DNA of 64,000 nucleotides from Tricharina praecox. Its lineage: Eukaryota. Both the position numbers and the translations under genes were made by a program. The stretch covers positions 310,001 to 374,000 of the forward strand of contig NW_026250420.1 of NCBI RefSeq assembly GCF_024521635.1. Reading direction: 5' to 3'. The notes under the pieces are model-generated. The model searched no databases. It was not told the origin of the DNA and saw only the letters and a program-made list of their open reading frames with translations. The first letter of the stretch is position 1, and each line of letters opens with the position of its first letter. Positions 14,758-27,420 of the stretch are shown piece after piece.

Positions 14758-14908
14758 CGATGCTGATTGAGCGATGCTGAATCGCTGATTGAGCTATGGT
14801 GATTGAGCGATGCTGATTGAGCGATGCTGATTGAGCGATGCTGATTGAGCGATGCTGATTGAGCGATGCTGATTGAGCGATGCTGATTGAGCGATGCTGA
14901 TTGAGCGA
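14758..14908. repeat. Minisatellite, 14-bp unit TGCTGATTGAGCGA, about 10 copies
   Basis: Read directly. The 3' copies are perfect and the 5' copies are degenerate. Confidence 0.95.
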
Positions 14909-15533
14909 ATGCAGAGCACACGAGGCACACCGATACCTCCAATCGCACTCGCGAGAGAAATGGAAAAAGAAAAGAAAGAAAGAAAAAGAAAAAGAAAAAG
15001 AAAAGAAAAGGTGGGAAAAACATGGCCTACTGCGGTGGGGCTGAAAGCACAGTTGAGATCCACGAATGGCCTCGAAATCGGTCTCTCTCTCGCTTTCTCT
15101 GTCCTGTCCTCTCCGCTCCTCGCTCCTCGCTCCTCGCTCCTCTCACCTCTCTCCGTTCTCCGCTCTCCGCTCGCTCCTATGCCTACCATACTTTACCCCA
15201 CTTCACTTTCGGGCTGCATGCGCAGTAGTATGTAGCAGCAGAAGCAGAAGCAGCATGAGCAGCAGCATGAGCAGCATGTACTCGGCCAGCCTAGGTACAA
15301 AGCATCGTCAAGCCTCCCAATCCCCTCCTCCCCCTCAATCCCCTCCTCCCCCTCAATCCCCATTCTCTCCACCCTCTCCACCCTCTGTTCCCGGCCTGCT
15401 CTTATGCCAGCGTGGTTGGCCCTCTCGAGTCGCCACCGCCAGCCAGACAGACCATCAATCGGCTCCCTCCCAGGTAAGGTAGAGTGAGGTCGGCACGTGA
15501 AGGCCCACATTCCCACAGCCCCGCCCCGCCCCG

Positions 15534-15536
<3 letters not shown>

Positions 15537-15571
<35 letters not shown>
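15537..15571. repeat. Poly(C) homopolymer, 35 nt
   Basis: Uninterrupted C run. Shorter C-rich runs occur near 8464-8484 and 27445-27466. Confidence 0.95.
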
Positions 15572-16299
15572 AGCGTGAACTGAACGAACACTCGTGGGCC
15601 GTCAGTCAGTCTCACCTGTCGTTATCGTTGCTGTCTTTTCCGTTGTTGCTGTTGTTGTAACACCTTACGGCGACACCTGCATCATCAAGCGAAACAACAC
15701 ATCGATTCGACTCTATGTACTCGACAGGCATGGCATGGCATGGCCTGGGAGGCAGAACAAGCTACCGCGCCCACCCCACCCAACCCACCCACGCACCCGC
15801 GCTTTGGATCTTCGGGGCTAAGGACCGGTAGGTAGACGAAACAAAGGTGCGATGTGCACGGTATGTGCAGTATGTGCCAACCGGATGATCGACCACATAC
15901 AGTACACACACCACACACACACCTGTTACAGTTACACCTCAGCAGCAGCGTACTGCGCAGTGCAGGCAGACGAGAAACAAATCTGCGGGGGCCAGGAAGA
16001 TGTGGGGGGAGGAGTAGCTGTGAGGGGGGGCGGCAGCGCACGTTGTCTTTAGTACTGTCTATTTACTGGTTATAGTTGGCACTCTAGAGTGGAGCAGAGT
16101 ACTTGAGCTTGAGGTGGAGGACCACATCACAGCCATCCATCCGCCAAGACCCGGATTCGTAGGGTTGAAGTACCGTCGATACATGTACCGTACTGTACCG
16201 TACATAAGCAGATATGATAGGTAAAGTACTCTACGTGTGCAGCAGCAGCAGCGGATGACAGCCAGTCTTGCCCGTGCCCGTGCGCTCGGTGGGGCTCAT

Positions 16300-16300
<1 letters not shown>

Positions 16301-16345
<45 letters not shown>
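16301..16345. repeat. (CTCAGG)n hexanucleotide microsatellite
   Basis: About 7 tandem copies. Confidence 0.9.
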
Positions 16346-16863
16346 CGACTCGAAAGAATGCGGCTTATTTCCGGAAGCGGGGGTGTCGCTGCTCGCAGAA
16401 CGGACACTGGACATTGGACAACAGAAACCCAGGGAGCTCTCAGAGAGGGATATCGGAGCCGCACGGAATAGAATGGACATAGATAGAGCGATAAGGCTGG
16501 CTGACATGTGCACTCGCACTCGCACTCACTCGCGAGCCTTCTCCCTCTTCGCCCCCGCAAGCCTACTCGAGCCCGAGCTCGAGCTCGGACGAGACGAGAC
16601 GACCCGAGACGTCAACCCGAAAGCCTCGCTCGTGCACGCTCGCTCGCCGCGCTCGAGCTCGGTGATCTTCCACCGTGCGCGCGCCCCGGATCCCGGTTAT
16701 ATCTTTGTCTACTCTACGCTCGAGAGATAGAATCTAGATAGAGATAAGATCTAACCATCATCTGGGATCTTCAGGATCTAGAATCTAGATAGAAGCTAGA
16801 TAGATCCATCCGGAACTAGATACCTATACCGTATAGCAGGATGACTAGTGCTTTACTATGGTA

Positions 16864-16999
16864 CGGTAGTGGTATAGACGGTAGTGGTATAGACGGTATG
16901 TAGTGGTATAGACGGTATGTAGTGGTATAGACGGTAGTGGTATAGACGGTATGTAGTGGTATAGACGGTAGTGGTATAGACGGTATGTAGTGATATAGA
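16864..16999. repeat. Minisatellite with mixed 15-bp (GGTAGTGGTATAGAC) and 19-bp (GGTATGTAGTGGTATAGAC) units
   Basis: About 8 interleaved units that differ by a 4-bp insertion. Confidence 0.92.
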
Positions 17000-18344
17000 G
17001 TAGACGCAGGCCCGACGCGACTCTCGAATTGAGGGATCAAGAAGGATCAACGTTACAAGAACGTGCGCCGCGTCGCCGCGTCGCCAAAACGCCGGAAAGG
17101 AAGGGGATGGAAGGGATGGGGACTTGGCGGCTTTCCTCCGCAATGACCCCGTGGGGCGGGGACTGAGCCCTCCCTTTCTCGCCGACGAAGCCCGACTATC
17201 GCCATCTGCCATCTACCGAAGTGGAGTGTAAGCAAAGCGGTACCTACCAGTACCTACCGTAGTCGCCAAACGAGCCTACACTGTACCGTACTGTACTCCC
17301 CAGGCGCAGCACATTAGGTAGATGTTCTCGCCGGACGCGGGAGGCAGGAATGAAGGAAGGAGAGAAGGTCTCAAGCTCTTATATGTATGTAGAGTACATA
17401 TGATACATATGATACCTATGATAGGTGTGATAGGTGCCACGCCATCATCATCATCATCGTCTTCTTCTGCTTCCTCTTCTTCATGCATGCGTGGTCAGTA
17501 GTCAGTAGCCAGTAGTCACGGTCAGTGGTCGGTGGTCGGTGGTCGGTGGTCAGTGGTAAGTGGTTAGTGGTCACGGTCCGTGCAGTACAGTTGCAGTTGC
17601 AGTGCTCTGCAGTTGCAGTCCGCTGCAGTTGCAGCAGTTGCAGCGCTCGTTTTTTCTTCACGCCCGTCGTCATCGTGCATTCCCCGAGCTCGAGCGCGAC
17701 CGGAGCCTCGGGGACTCGGGGGTTAGTTATGACCTACTACTGACTGGCAATGACGATAGGCGTCCCTTGGGCCTTAAACCTTCCGCCGCGCGCACCGTCG
17801 TCGCACCGTCGCACCGTCGTCGGAGAAAAATGCGGGGCTCGCTCCCAGCACCCAATGCCCAGTGCCCGCTGCAGTGCCCAGTCCAGTGCCCAGGCTTCCC
17901 TCCTCCACCCTCCTCCTCCACCCTCCTCCTCCACCCTCCTCCTCCACCCCCGGTCCGTTTCGTGCGTGCGTAAAAATAAAAATAAAAACGTAGAAACACA
18001 GATGCGAAACAAACGTTTGCATACATGACAAACGTCGCTCCCCGGTCCTTGCTCTCCCGCCGACGAGACGAGACGAGATGGCGGGATCGCGGCGGGATCG
18101 CTCCTTCCCTCCCTCCCTCCTTCCCTCCCTCCCGCGCGCGCCCGCAGAAAGTGTGGTCACGAGCGCTCCAGGGCCTGGACAGATAGACAGACAGATGGGA
18201 ATTTCGAGTGACGGGAGGGAGGGGGTTGCACGTGCGTGTGTGTGTAAAAAGGTACGGGGCGGAATAGTTGGGCTAGGCTGTGGGATGTGGGCACTGGGCA
18301 TGCGGTCGAAAGAAGGATTGTCTGTCGAAAAGGCTATCCCCTTA

Positions 18345-18953
18345 GGCCCAGTTTGGGTGTCAACTGCATTTCGAATCGGGATAGATACCATAGTTATCTA
18401 CACACAAAAAGTGAGATGCAGTTTTCGAACCATCAGTTTCCGGGCAAAATGGGTGACCGTTTGGCACCCCACCCCAAGCTAACAATTGGAGAAACTGCAC
18501 ATTGTCGACTGAGCCACAGTGCAAATAAACTCTACGGACAACCACCAGTATGTGGTACATACAGGCCAGCATCGCCCCCGTATACAGTCAACCCAGCCAT
18601 CGTCCGCTTCTTCATTACGCCTACGATGTCCGACACCGGCCACGTTCTGCGGTTCCTCTGTTGTGACTGTGGATAGGGGGAGTCACTTGCTGGGACGGCG
18701 GAGAGGAGCCACCGTTGTGAGATCGGAGAGGAGCCACCGTTGTGAGATAGGAGAGGTCATTTATGTAGTTGTGGTTTCTGGCGTAACTAGCCTCGAGATC
18801 AGTAAGAAGAGTGGCGTGCTGTCGAACATTTAGGTTGCCAAACGGGTCATGAGGGGAATTGAGAGTTTGCAGCTGCAGCTTGGGTAACCTCTAACCCGTC
18901 AAAATCGCGTAGACTAGATATTTCGAAAATGCAGTTGACACCCAAACCGAGCC
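18345..18953. mobile_element. PIF/Harbinger-type non-autonomous element (MITE-like), 609 bp
   Basis: Left TIR GGCCCAGTTTGGGTGTCAACTGCATTTCGAA and right TTCGAAAATGCAGTTGACACCCAAACCGAGCC (2 substitutions, 1 indel). TTA is duplicated at 18342-18344 and 18954-18956. An internal 25-bp direct repeat lies near 18700-18755. Confidence 0.88.
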
Positions 18954-18966
18954 TTAAAACATATTA

Positions 18967-19536
18967 GGGCCCGTTTGGATGGCCTCGGTTTTCAGTTTCA
19001 GTTTTGGAGCCAAATTCAGTTCCCCGCCGGGACACCGAATACTGCTCAGTTTCAGTTTCCGGAAAAACCGTGAGGTGAACAGAGTGTTTGGCAGTTCTCA
19101 GTATACTCAGCCATAAGTCTGAATAATAGGCTTCACCAGAGCTCTAATAGTGGACACATTGTAGCCCCGAATTTTTCTCTTCCCCTTGCCTCTGTGAAGA
19201 CACCGGCCCAGTACCAGGGGGTTTTCGCAGGCATGGACCTCTTGGACATACTGTCTCCCGGAAAGAGTAGAGGTACGCATCGGAATTTCTCCGGAACTCG
19301 TGGTATATACTAGTACTGCTTGGCCGGCCAGCTGTGCAATGTGTCTCATCAGGTGAGGGGAGAATATATTGCGGTGGTTGGTGAAATTTTCATCGTCGGA
19401 AGGGGAGTCCATGGTTGAAGTTAAAATCCGGTACTGAGTGGTGGTGAAGAAAAGACCTCCAGAGATCAGTTCCCGTTTCATCGCCGGAGCCGCACATCAT
19501 TTTATTTCTCGGTTTTTGTGCCATCCAAACGGGCCC
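18967..19536 (-). mobile_element. Internally deleted PIF/Harbinger element, 570 bp, with transposase N-terminal remnant
   Basis: Perfect 17-bp TIRs GGGCCCGTTTGGATGGC (18967-18983 and 19520-19536), flanked by TTA/CTA. The minus-strand ORF contains PMRTSTLSGRQYVQEVHACENP, which resembles the motif preceding the HTH/DDE region of Harbinger transposases. Confidence 0.85.
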
Positions 19537-20151
19537 CTAGTAGTATATATCCGTTTCCACGGTAATGTGCTAGCGCCCGATCCGGAGTTAAATAGTTTGT
19601 GTCTACCACGAAACCGTGAAACTCTATCCTCACGCCGACAACAGCCAAAACCACCCATTCCGCACGGAATCACGGGATCGCACAACTTCACCATCTCAGC
19701 CGTCGGCGGCATGGCTCCTCCATCTCCATCAGCCGCTTCCGCACGCTTGCGAGAAGGGGGAGCTTACATCGAGAACCATGTGTACATACGATATCGATGG
19801 TCACTCTCAAGTCGCCCCTTCCGTGGCCGCAGAAGGGATTGGGAACCAGTACCGTCCTGGCATCCTGAATTGCATTGCTTGTTTGAGCATCTCAGGACCG
19901 GCGAGCAGCTTGGCAGGCGGCTCCGCACGTTGCATCGCCACGAGCTGCGAGCAACACGTTACACCTCTGCTCTCTGAGGCTTCTGCTTCTGCTCCACCTC
20001 GAGATTACCTAAGCTCAACCGATTTCATCGCTTCCACGAGCACAATCTCCGCACTTCCATCTCTCGATCCGCACCTTCCCTCTCAGCGCCGTATAACCCG
20101 TAACCCGTAACGCCATAACCCCGCCCCCTCCCACCTAGGTACATAGCAAGC

Positions 20152-20565
20152 ATGGGCGGCAACCTCTCTATACCGGTGGATCTTCCGCCCGTGGACGAGA
20201 TCAAAGACTGGGACCCCAACAAGCTATTCGAGTTCCTGGCGTCGCTTAACTTCATCTTCTACGCGGCGAAGTCCCGGACGGCATTCCAGGCCAGCGAGGT
20301 CGACGGCCACTGTTTCATGCGCTCCGGCGGGGACCACACGTTCTGGCTGCAGTGCGGCTTGCCGGTCGGCCCGGCTTATCGCCTTGAGGAGTTGGTGCAG
20401 GAGATCAGACATAGTATGTAATGCGAATCGGACGATGAGTGGCCGGCTGACATGCTTATAGGGAGCAGCTTACTGCCAAAGACGGATGGCAAGTCGAAGA
20501 CCCCGTCTGTAGCCTCACCCAGCATTGAGGCGGCTTTTCGGCCGGGCAAGCAGGATTGGTACTGA
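20152..20565 (+). CDS. Small SAM-like domain protein or gene fragment (exons 20152-20413, 20462-20565; 3' end uncertain)
   Basis: MGGNLS...DWDPNKLFEFL...FQASEVDGHCF...CGLPVGPAYRLEELVQEI fits the SAM pattern (W....L..FL / i.G..F / GL..Gp...l). Intron 20414-20461 has GTATGT, GCTGAC and TAG. Confidence 0.5.
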
Positions 20566-22624
20566 ACGATTCAGCGGGTAGCTTAACGTTCCGCGAGAAG
20601 GCTCTATATTATGCTCTGTGTTTGCTTTGCTATGTACTTGGATTATGGTATAAACGCCCTGTACCGCAGGTGGCGCAGGTGTCGTCCATGTTTTGCTTTC
20701 CTTTGCATCACTGTTTGGATTATGATACTCTATACCTCTCATCTATAGACGCTCTGTAGTTGACACAGGTGCCGGTGCAGTTTGTGTTGTGTTGTGTTTT
20801 GCATTGCTCCAATGTTCATTGCCTGCTTAACTACCTACCTCGGTACTTGGGTATGATATTTACTTATGTATGTACGCGCCTCCAAGGCTCCAACTATGTA
20901 TCTTGAAATTTCTCCTGCGGCTTCTGCGGCTTCGAATTCAAGCTTGATGGCCCAAGGGTTTCTCAGGTCCCTCCGCCCCAGGTCCCTCCGCCCCGAAGGC
21001 TGGAGGCTGGGCTCCCGTGTTCGGTGTTCGGTGTTCGGTGTTCGGGCCGGTGTTACCCCCAGGTCCCCAGGTCCCCAGGTACTAACTATAGTTATATATC
21101 GGCGACCCTGCCGGAGACGGAGCCGGGCCGCTGAGGTAGGTACGAAAAGAGAAGAGAAGAGTACCTGGTACCTGGTACCTGGTACCTGGGGCCTGCAGCC
21201 TGGGTATGATAAATTGATACATAGTACACACCCGTGGCCCAGTCCGAACTCCGAACTCCGAACTGGAGGAAGTGGCGGCTCGCGTGGGTGCGTGCGTGGG
21301 GCGGTGGGGCGGTGGGGTATGTTCCTGGGAAGGTAGCTGGTAGGTATTCGAGAATCAGACATTCCGAGAATCCGATATTCCGAGAATCGTACGGTAGCCA
21401 CTGGCGACGTGCACCGGGCGTGGCCCCAACTATGCAGGTACCTACAGGCTATGAGCAAGTATGATACCTACGGTAGGTCCCAATGGCCAGAGACCGGATC
21501 CGCTCCTAGCCTGCTCCGGATCCGTTCCGCTCCCATTTTCCACTTGTACGCACTACACCGGGACCTTCCTTGCGGGATCTCGGGATCTCAGGATCTTGAG
21601 ACCGGGCTAGCTACCAGTTAGTAGCTACTGGCACAGCCCGCTCGGGATCCTCCCGGGATTCTCCCGGCTCCCGGCTCCCGGCTCGCAGCCGGAGTAGGTA
21701 GAGTAGCGTGCCGCGGATCTAGAGCCGTACCGCATTCATCCCGCCGTTTTGCCGTTTCGCCGTTTCGCCGTGCTCGGGAGCAGGGACGGGAGAAGGGACA
21801 GGGACAGGGACAGGGACAGGGAGCGCGGAGATCGGCGGGAACGGGAGCCAATGTTTCCTGCATACCGGTATATAGAGCTACGATTTGTACGATTTGTAGT
21901 TGTTTGGCCCGGTCAAGGAGTTGGTATCCGCACTGCGCAGTGAACGTTTTATGTACGATGTAGCATTGTTACACTGCTCGAATCACGGTGGAGAGTCTAG
22001 ACAGCTGTCGTTGACGCACGTTTACATACCGGTAGCAAGTGTTGACGTGACAGACAGTATGCGTTCAAGGGAAATCCACGTCCCATCGTGACTCTACCTA
22101 CATTACCAGTATCATACCACCGTTCATTAAGGATCCTCCCCCAACCGTCCGTTACCATACAACAGGCAGATAGATTACGGTATAGTACTTTACATAAGTA
22201 CATTGTTATACAACCGCATGTAGTTACAATACAATACATTACCGCCCGCAATGCAAAAACATAAACCCATGAGCGGAGAAACCACAAATGCACGGGCTGA
22301 TCCGAGCCGGCATCGCCAAAATAACGACGGAAACGACGAGAACGGGGACGGGGACAGAGGTAGAGACAGAAAATCCACGTACAATTACATCGATTCCAAC
22401 CCCCGTCAGCCACCCCCATCCTCCCTACTTATACATATATCGCCATACCGCTGTATGTATAGGGAGAAACTCAAAACAACACCAACTCATTTCTTACGGT
22501 CCGTCTAAAACAAGACAGGTTCTAAGATGATCAAGAAGAAAAATGAAAAGACTAGAGGGAAAAGGAAAAGGAAAACGCCATGCATCCAAGCTCCGCAAGT
22601 GGGATGTTCGCTCGCTCGGCTCGA

Positions 22625-25600
22625 TCAATCGTCATCCTTGCTCTTTGACTTCTTAGACTCCTTCGACTCCTGGAGCTGCTTCTTCCACAGCGTTGCCGCT
22701 TTTTCCTTGTCGAGGTTATGGAACGCCAAGTCGAAAACCTCCGAGTACCAGCTAGCCGGTCTTCCATCCAAGCCTTCTTTGATGTTCTACGACACAGCAG
22801 CAGCGTTAGCAAATCAGCGACCACCGAATAGAGCGAATGCCACGCGACGATAATACTCTACGCACCTCAGGCAGTTCCAGCCAATCAGACATGTTGTCGG
22901 CCGGGAAGATAATTGTCTTCGCTCCAGACCTACGGGCAGCGACCGCCTTCTCGCGGAGTCCACCTATCCGAAGGACCTTTCCAGTGACGGTCAGTTCGCC
23001 AGTCATGGCGATTGTGGCGTCGACCTTGTGGTCCAAGGCTAGCGAAAGCAGCGAGGTAGCCATAGTAACACCGGCGGACGGTCCTGCGAAAAAGAAAAAA
23101 AAAAGACGAGCAGTGTTAGCCTTGTTGCTCCCTTGTTCGGAGCCAAAATGGGGGCTATCGCGATGCGATGCGCGAGATGCCATGTCGCTGAAATGCGCGC
23201 CAGAAAGAGAAATGTAGGGGGGGTTGTAAGTGCTTACCATCCTTAGGCACTGCACCTTCGGGGCAATGCAGGTGAACACGTGCATGCTCAAAGAAGCGGT
23301 TCTTGGGGAACTCCCTAGCCATGAGTCCTTTGACGAATGAATAGGCCACGACTGCTGACTCCTTCATGACGTCCTTCAAGCTACCCGTCCTCTCTAGCCC
23401 CGGTCGACCCGACGATGCCAAAACAGTATCCAGGATGGACTCAACATATAGTGCTGCTCCCCCCATACGTGTCCAGGCTAATCCCATGACTACTCCAGAC
23501 GGTGGCACATCGTACAACCGATCCGATGTGAACACCGGAGGCCCAACATAGTCCTTAAGATTTTCCCTGGTGATGTCGACGTGGACTGTTGAGGGAACAC
23601 GCAGAGACACCCTGGGCTTTTCGGTAGTTTGCGACTCCATGTTCGGCTCCATCTTCTTCGCGTCCTCCGAGCCCTCGATTCTCGCCTTCTCCTTTTCCGC
23701 GTTCTCGAGGGCGATCTTGCCTTCCTCGGTGATGGCTTTCTCCTCGGGCAATCCCTGCTCGCCTAGATCTTGCACGATCTTGAGAGCCGACTTGCGGAAC
23801 ACCTTTTCGATCTGTTTCTTGAGATTACGAACTCCGCTCTCGCGACAGTACGATTTGATCAGCTCCTCAATAGCGTCGGGCTTCAATTGAACATTGACGT
23901 CCTTCAGACCGCTCATCTCCTTCGCTTGTGGAGCAAGATATGTTTCGGCGATCGCCATCTTCTCGTCGGCCACATACCCAGACAGCTCAATCATCTCCAT
24001 ACGATCCAATAGCGGCCGCGGGATTGTGTCCGTCATATTGGCTGTGCAGACGAACAGCACCTTCGAGAGGTCGACGGGCACATCAAGGTAATGGTCCAAG
24101 AAGGATGAGTTTTGTTCCGGGTCCAAAAGCTCGAGCAGTGCCGACGCCGGGTCACCCTGATGACCGCGTCCAATCTTGTCAATCTCATCTATCAACACTA
24201 GCGGGTTCTCCGTCTGGCATTTCTTCAGAGCTTGGATGATTCGACCCGGAAGCGCGCCGACATATGTACGACGGTGTCCCTTGATCTCCGCAACGTCAGT
24301 CAGACCACCAACGCTAAACCGGTAGAACTGCCGATTGAGCGCCCTGGCAATCGATTTGCCGATAGAGGTCTTGCCGACACCTGTCCAAGAAAGTTATTAG
24401 ATGGAATTCTTCACGTGAACATGATGAGGATACATACCCGGAGGACCGACGAAGCAGATGATTTTGCCTTCCACAGTTCCCCGTAGTTTTCCGACAGCAA
24501 TGAATTCCAAAATACGATCCTTGACGTCCTTGAGGCCATAATGATCCTCCTCGAGCACTTTCATCGCGTGACCGATCGAGTAATTCTCTGTGGATCGTTG
24601 TCCCCAAGGAATCTGTGTGAGCCAATCGAGATAGTTCCGAGTGACATTAAATTCAGAAGCTGCGGGTTCCAAGTGACCGAGTTTGTTAAGTTCCTACAGT
24701 GACATCATCAGAAAGTTACTCGACGGAAGCTATGAGGTGTTTGACTCACTTCATCAAACACCTTCTTGACAGCTTCTGGCATCGACAGCTTCTCCGCCTT
24801 CTCCTTGAACCTCTCCACGAGCTTATCTTTACCGTCGCTCTCGATTCCGAGCTCCCTCTTGATGCCCTTCATTTGTTCCATGAGCCAGTATTCCCGCTGT
24901 CGCTTTTGGATTTTAGCCTCGACGTCTTTACTGATCTTGCTCTGTAGTTGAGCATTCATCAACTCCTTCTTAAGCACGACGAGCGCCTTCTGAAGTCTCT
25001 CCTCCACCGACAAAGCCTCCAGAACCTCCTGCAGCTCCTTCACTTCACCGGACGAAACAGCGGCGGCAAAGTCGGCCAATTTGGCGGGCTCATCGATGAC
25101 GTTTCCGGTGGACTGCGACATCGAGAAAGTGGAGATTTGATCCCTGAATAAAGGGTTCAGGTTGGCAACTTCTTTGAAGACATTAACGATCTCCGAGGTT
25201 ACCGCGCGGATTATCGGCTCCTTCTTGTCGTGAGGCTCCTCGACAAGGTTCTCGACATCGACGACGCTGACGTTATACTTCTTCAAGAATGACGTAGCGT
25301 ATTCTCCGGCTGCCGTCCGTCTGTCCGTCTCCATCGGCTCCTCAAAGCTGGCCACAACATCCCCCTTATCACTCCGCTCCTCGTACTCCTCGGTCACTTC
25401 GTCAATCTCCGGAGCGGGAGGCGCGACACCGTCTTGTTTCTCTACCGCTTCGGCACCCCGTGCGTGTAGACCAGTGATCTTGATACGCCGATGGGGGTAG
25501 AGCACAGCAGTTAGACCTCCATCCTCTCCGTTTACGGGAAATGCACTCGTGATCTGAGCGAACACTCCGACGTCGTGCACTTCGTCCAAACTCTCGATCG

Positions 25601-26345
25601 TGTCCCCGTCCACGTCTTCGTCCTTGAAAAGGAATGCTCCAATGTACGGTTGGCCCCGCTTCATCATCTCCTGAATTGCCGCGGCGACATTGGGGTCCTT
25701 AATGGTAACGGCCTTGTAGAATCCTGGGAACAGCGGTCGCTTGGCGATCGGCAATGCCATCACTTGTGGGTAGATGTCCGGCACCATCGGTTTCTGCAGG
25801 GCACGGTCGGGAGTCAACGATTTCTTGTAGGCAGCCGCAGCAGCGGTGCCACTGCTGGCGTCCCCATTCTTGCCACCCGCACCTCCTGCTGCTCCTCCCG
25901 CAGCTCCTCCCTTGAGGACTTCGCCCGGCGACTGGGCACCCCCCTCTCCATCGCCCTGCTTCGCACTTGCCTCAACCTTCGTGGTCTCCTCTTTCGCAGC
26001 CGCCTCCTGCTTCTTCTCCTTCAGCTCCTTCTCCTTCCGCTTGAGCTCCTCGTCAACCTCCTCATCGATGATATCCTTCTCTCCGGGGGGACGGCTCTTG
26101 AGTCGCAGAGCAGTTGTCGTGAACCCTCGGTGTTGTTGTTGTAGTAGCTCGGGTAATCGCGTGTCGAAGCGGGATGGAATGGAAGACGCGGTTGCCGTCG
26201 TTCGCGATGAAGCCCGGGTGCTCAGACGGCCTGTGTAGCTCTGGACCGCCGTCGTCGCCACCGTTCGAGAGGAAGACGCCCGTAGTCGGCCTTGGGAGAC
26301 GCGAATTGCAGATCGCCAGGGAAGGTTATGGCCATACGCCATCAT
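22625..26345 (-). CDS. PIM1: Mitochondrial Lon protease (exons 26345-24750, 24693-24438, 24380-23238, 23083-22866, 22786-22625)
   Basis: Arg/Ser-rich presequence; Lon N domain (RPLFPGFYK); Walker A GPPG|VGKTS; Walker B LIDEIDK; catalytic PKD|GPSAG Ser and IGGLREK Lys. Confidence 0.97.
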
Positions 26346-26969
26346 GATTGATTCTCGAAGGGAGCGATGTGGGTGATGTAGAATATATTTCGAGCCGTGA
26401 CCGGCGCCGAGGGTTGTGAAGCACGAGACAACGACGTCGACGGAAAAGGCGGGGGAGGGAGGGGGGGCGGCGGTGGGGGATCCGGAGTAATCGGTAGTTA
26501 TCAACCAAAGCACTCAATGCAGCTTAGGACGGGCGTGGTAGGTATTAACAACGACGCGGCGACGACGATAATGTACAAAGCGGGGGAGGAGGGGCGGGGA
26601 GAAAGTGAGGATAGATTGAGATGTAGGTGATGGCGGTACCGACGGTACGGTTGGCACGGTGATGGAGGTTTGCGTAGAAAGCGATCATTCGTCTTCCCAC
26701 TTCTATGCGTTTCGGTTGGGCTGCGCCGAGCGGGTGGTGACGCAAAATTGTCCGCACGATTTGTCATTGCCGAAAATTACGGAAACGTCCGAACTGAAGT
26801 TAGGTTACCCATGTCAATTGCACAGATTATCACTACTGCTCTACACGGTCCGGTGCACGGATTCTCGCTCGGGATTAACTATTTCTTTAGCATATTCGTG
26901 TCAAAAATCTTCCGCCATGAGGAGAGGTTCGGAGCAACAACGGTCTACGAGAGCACAGACCACCCATCC

Positions 26970-27420
26970 CGAGATCGTTAGCCAACATGAAAAGAGGGGC
27001 CTCGGAAACGAATGGCGGAAGGCGAAAGAGTGGGGGGCACGGCGCGTCAGCAGAAAGGAATAGATATCTCCCCCCAACAACGCAAGGACAATGCCAGACC
27101 GCAGCAAATACGAGAAAAAGGCTGGCGGCGAGATACTACCAGCTGAAGATAGGCCACGCCCTCACCGCACAATACCTTACGGGGACAAAGAACCGACCCA
27201 CGGCACGATTCTGGTAGTGCCAGCACAAGACACAGGCGCGGGGGACACCTTTTCAAGAAGTTAGAACTACCCACAGCGGAAGACCCAATAAAAGACTTCC
27301 GCTGTGGGAGAGGGTAAGGGAAGAGACCTGACGAGGCAAAGGCCGCCACAAAATTACGGAACTCCTTTCAGATCAGAGATGCAGCGAGGAGGCAATCCTC
27401 CTCTTCCTAGTCACAGCGGA
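26970..27420 (+). mobile_element. Degenerate 3' fragment of a non-LTR (Tad1/I-like LINE) ORF2
   Basis: Frameshifted, stop-containing SLANMKRGASE / EWRKAKEW / RKRLAARYYQLKIGHALTAQYL...RFW*CQHKTQARGHLFK / LLSDQRCSEEAILLFL. This resembles the post-RNase H Cys-His C-terminus of fungal LINE ORF2. Confidence 0.7.

Noticed and set aside
14758..16999. CRISPR-like interpretation of the tandem arrays
   Set aside because: No unique spacers, eukaryotic context and no cas genes.
11700..18300. Numerous 60-200 aa ORFs
   Set aside because: Translations are dominated by microsatellites and homopolymers, with no domain signatures.
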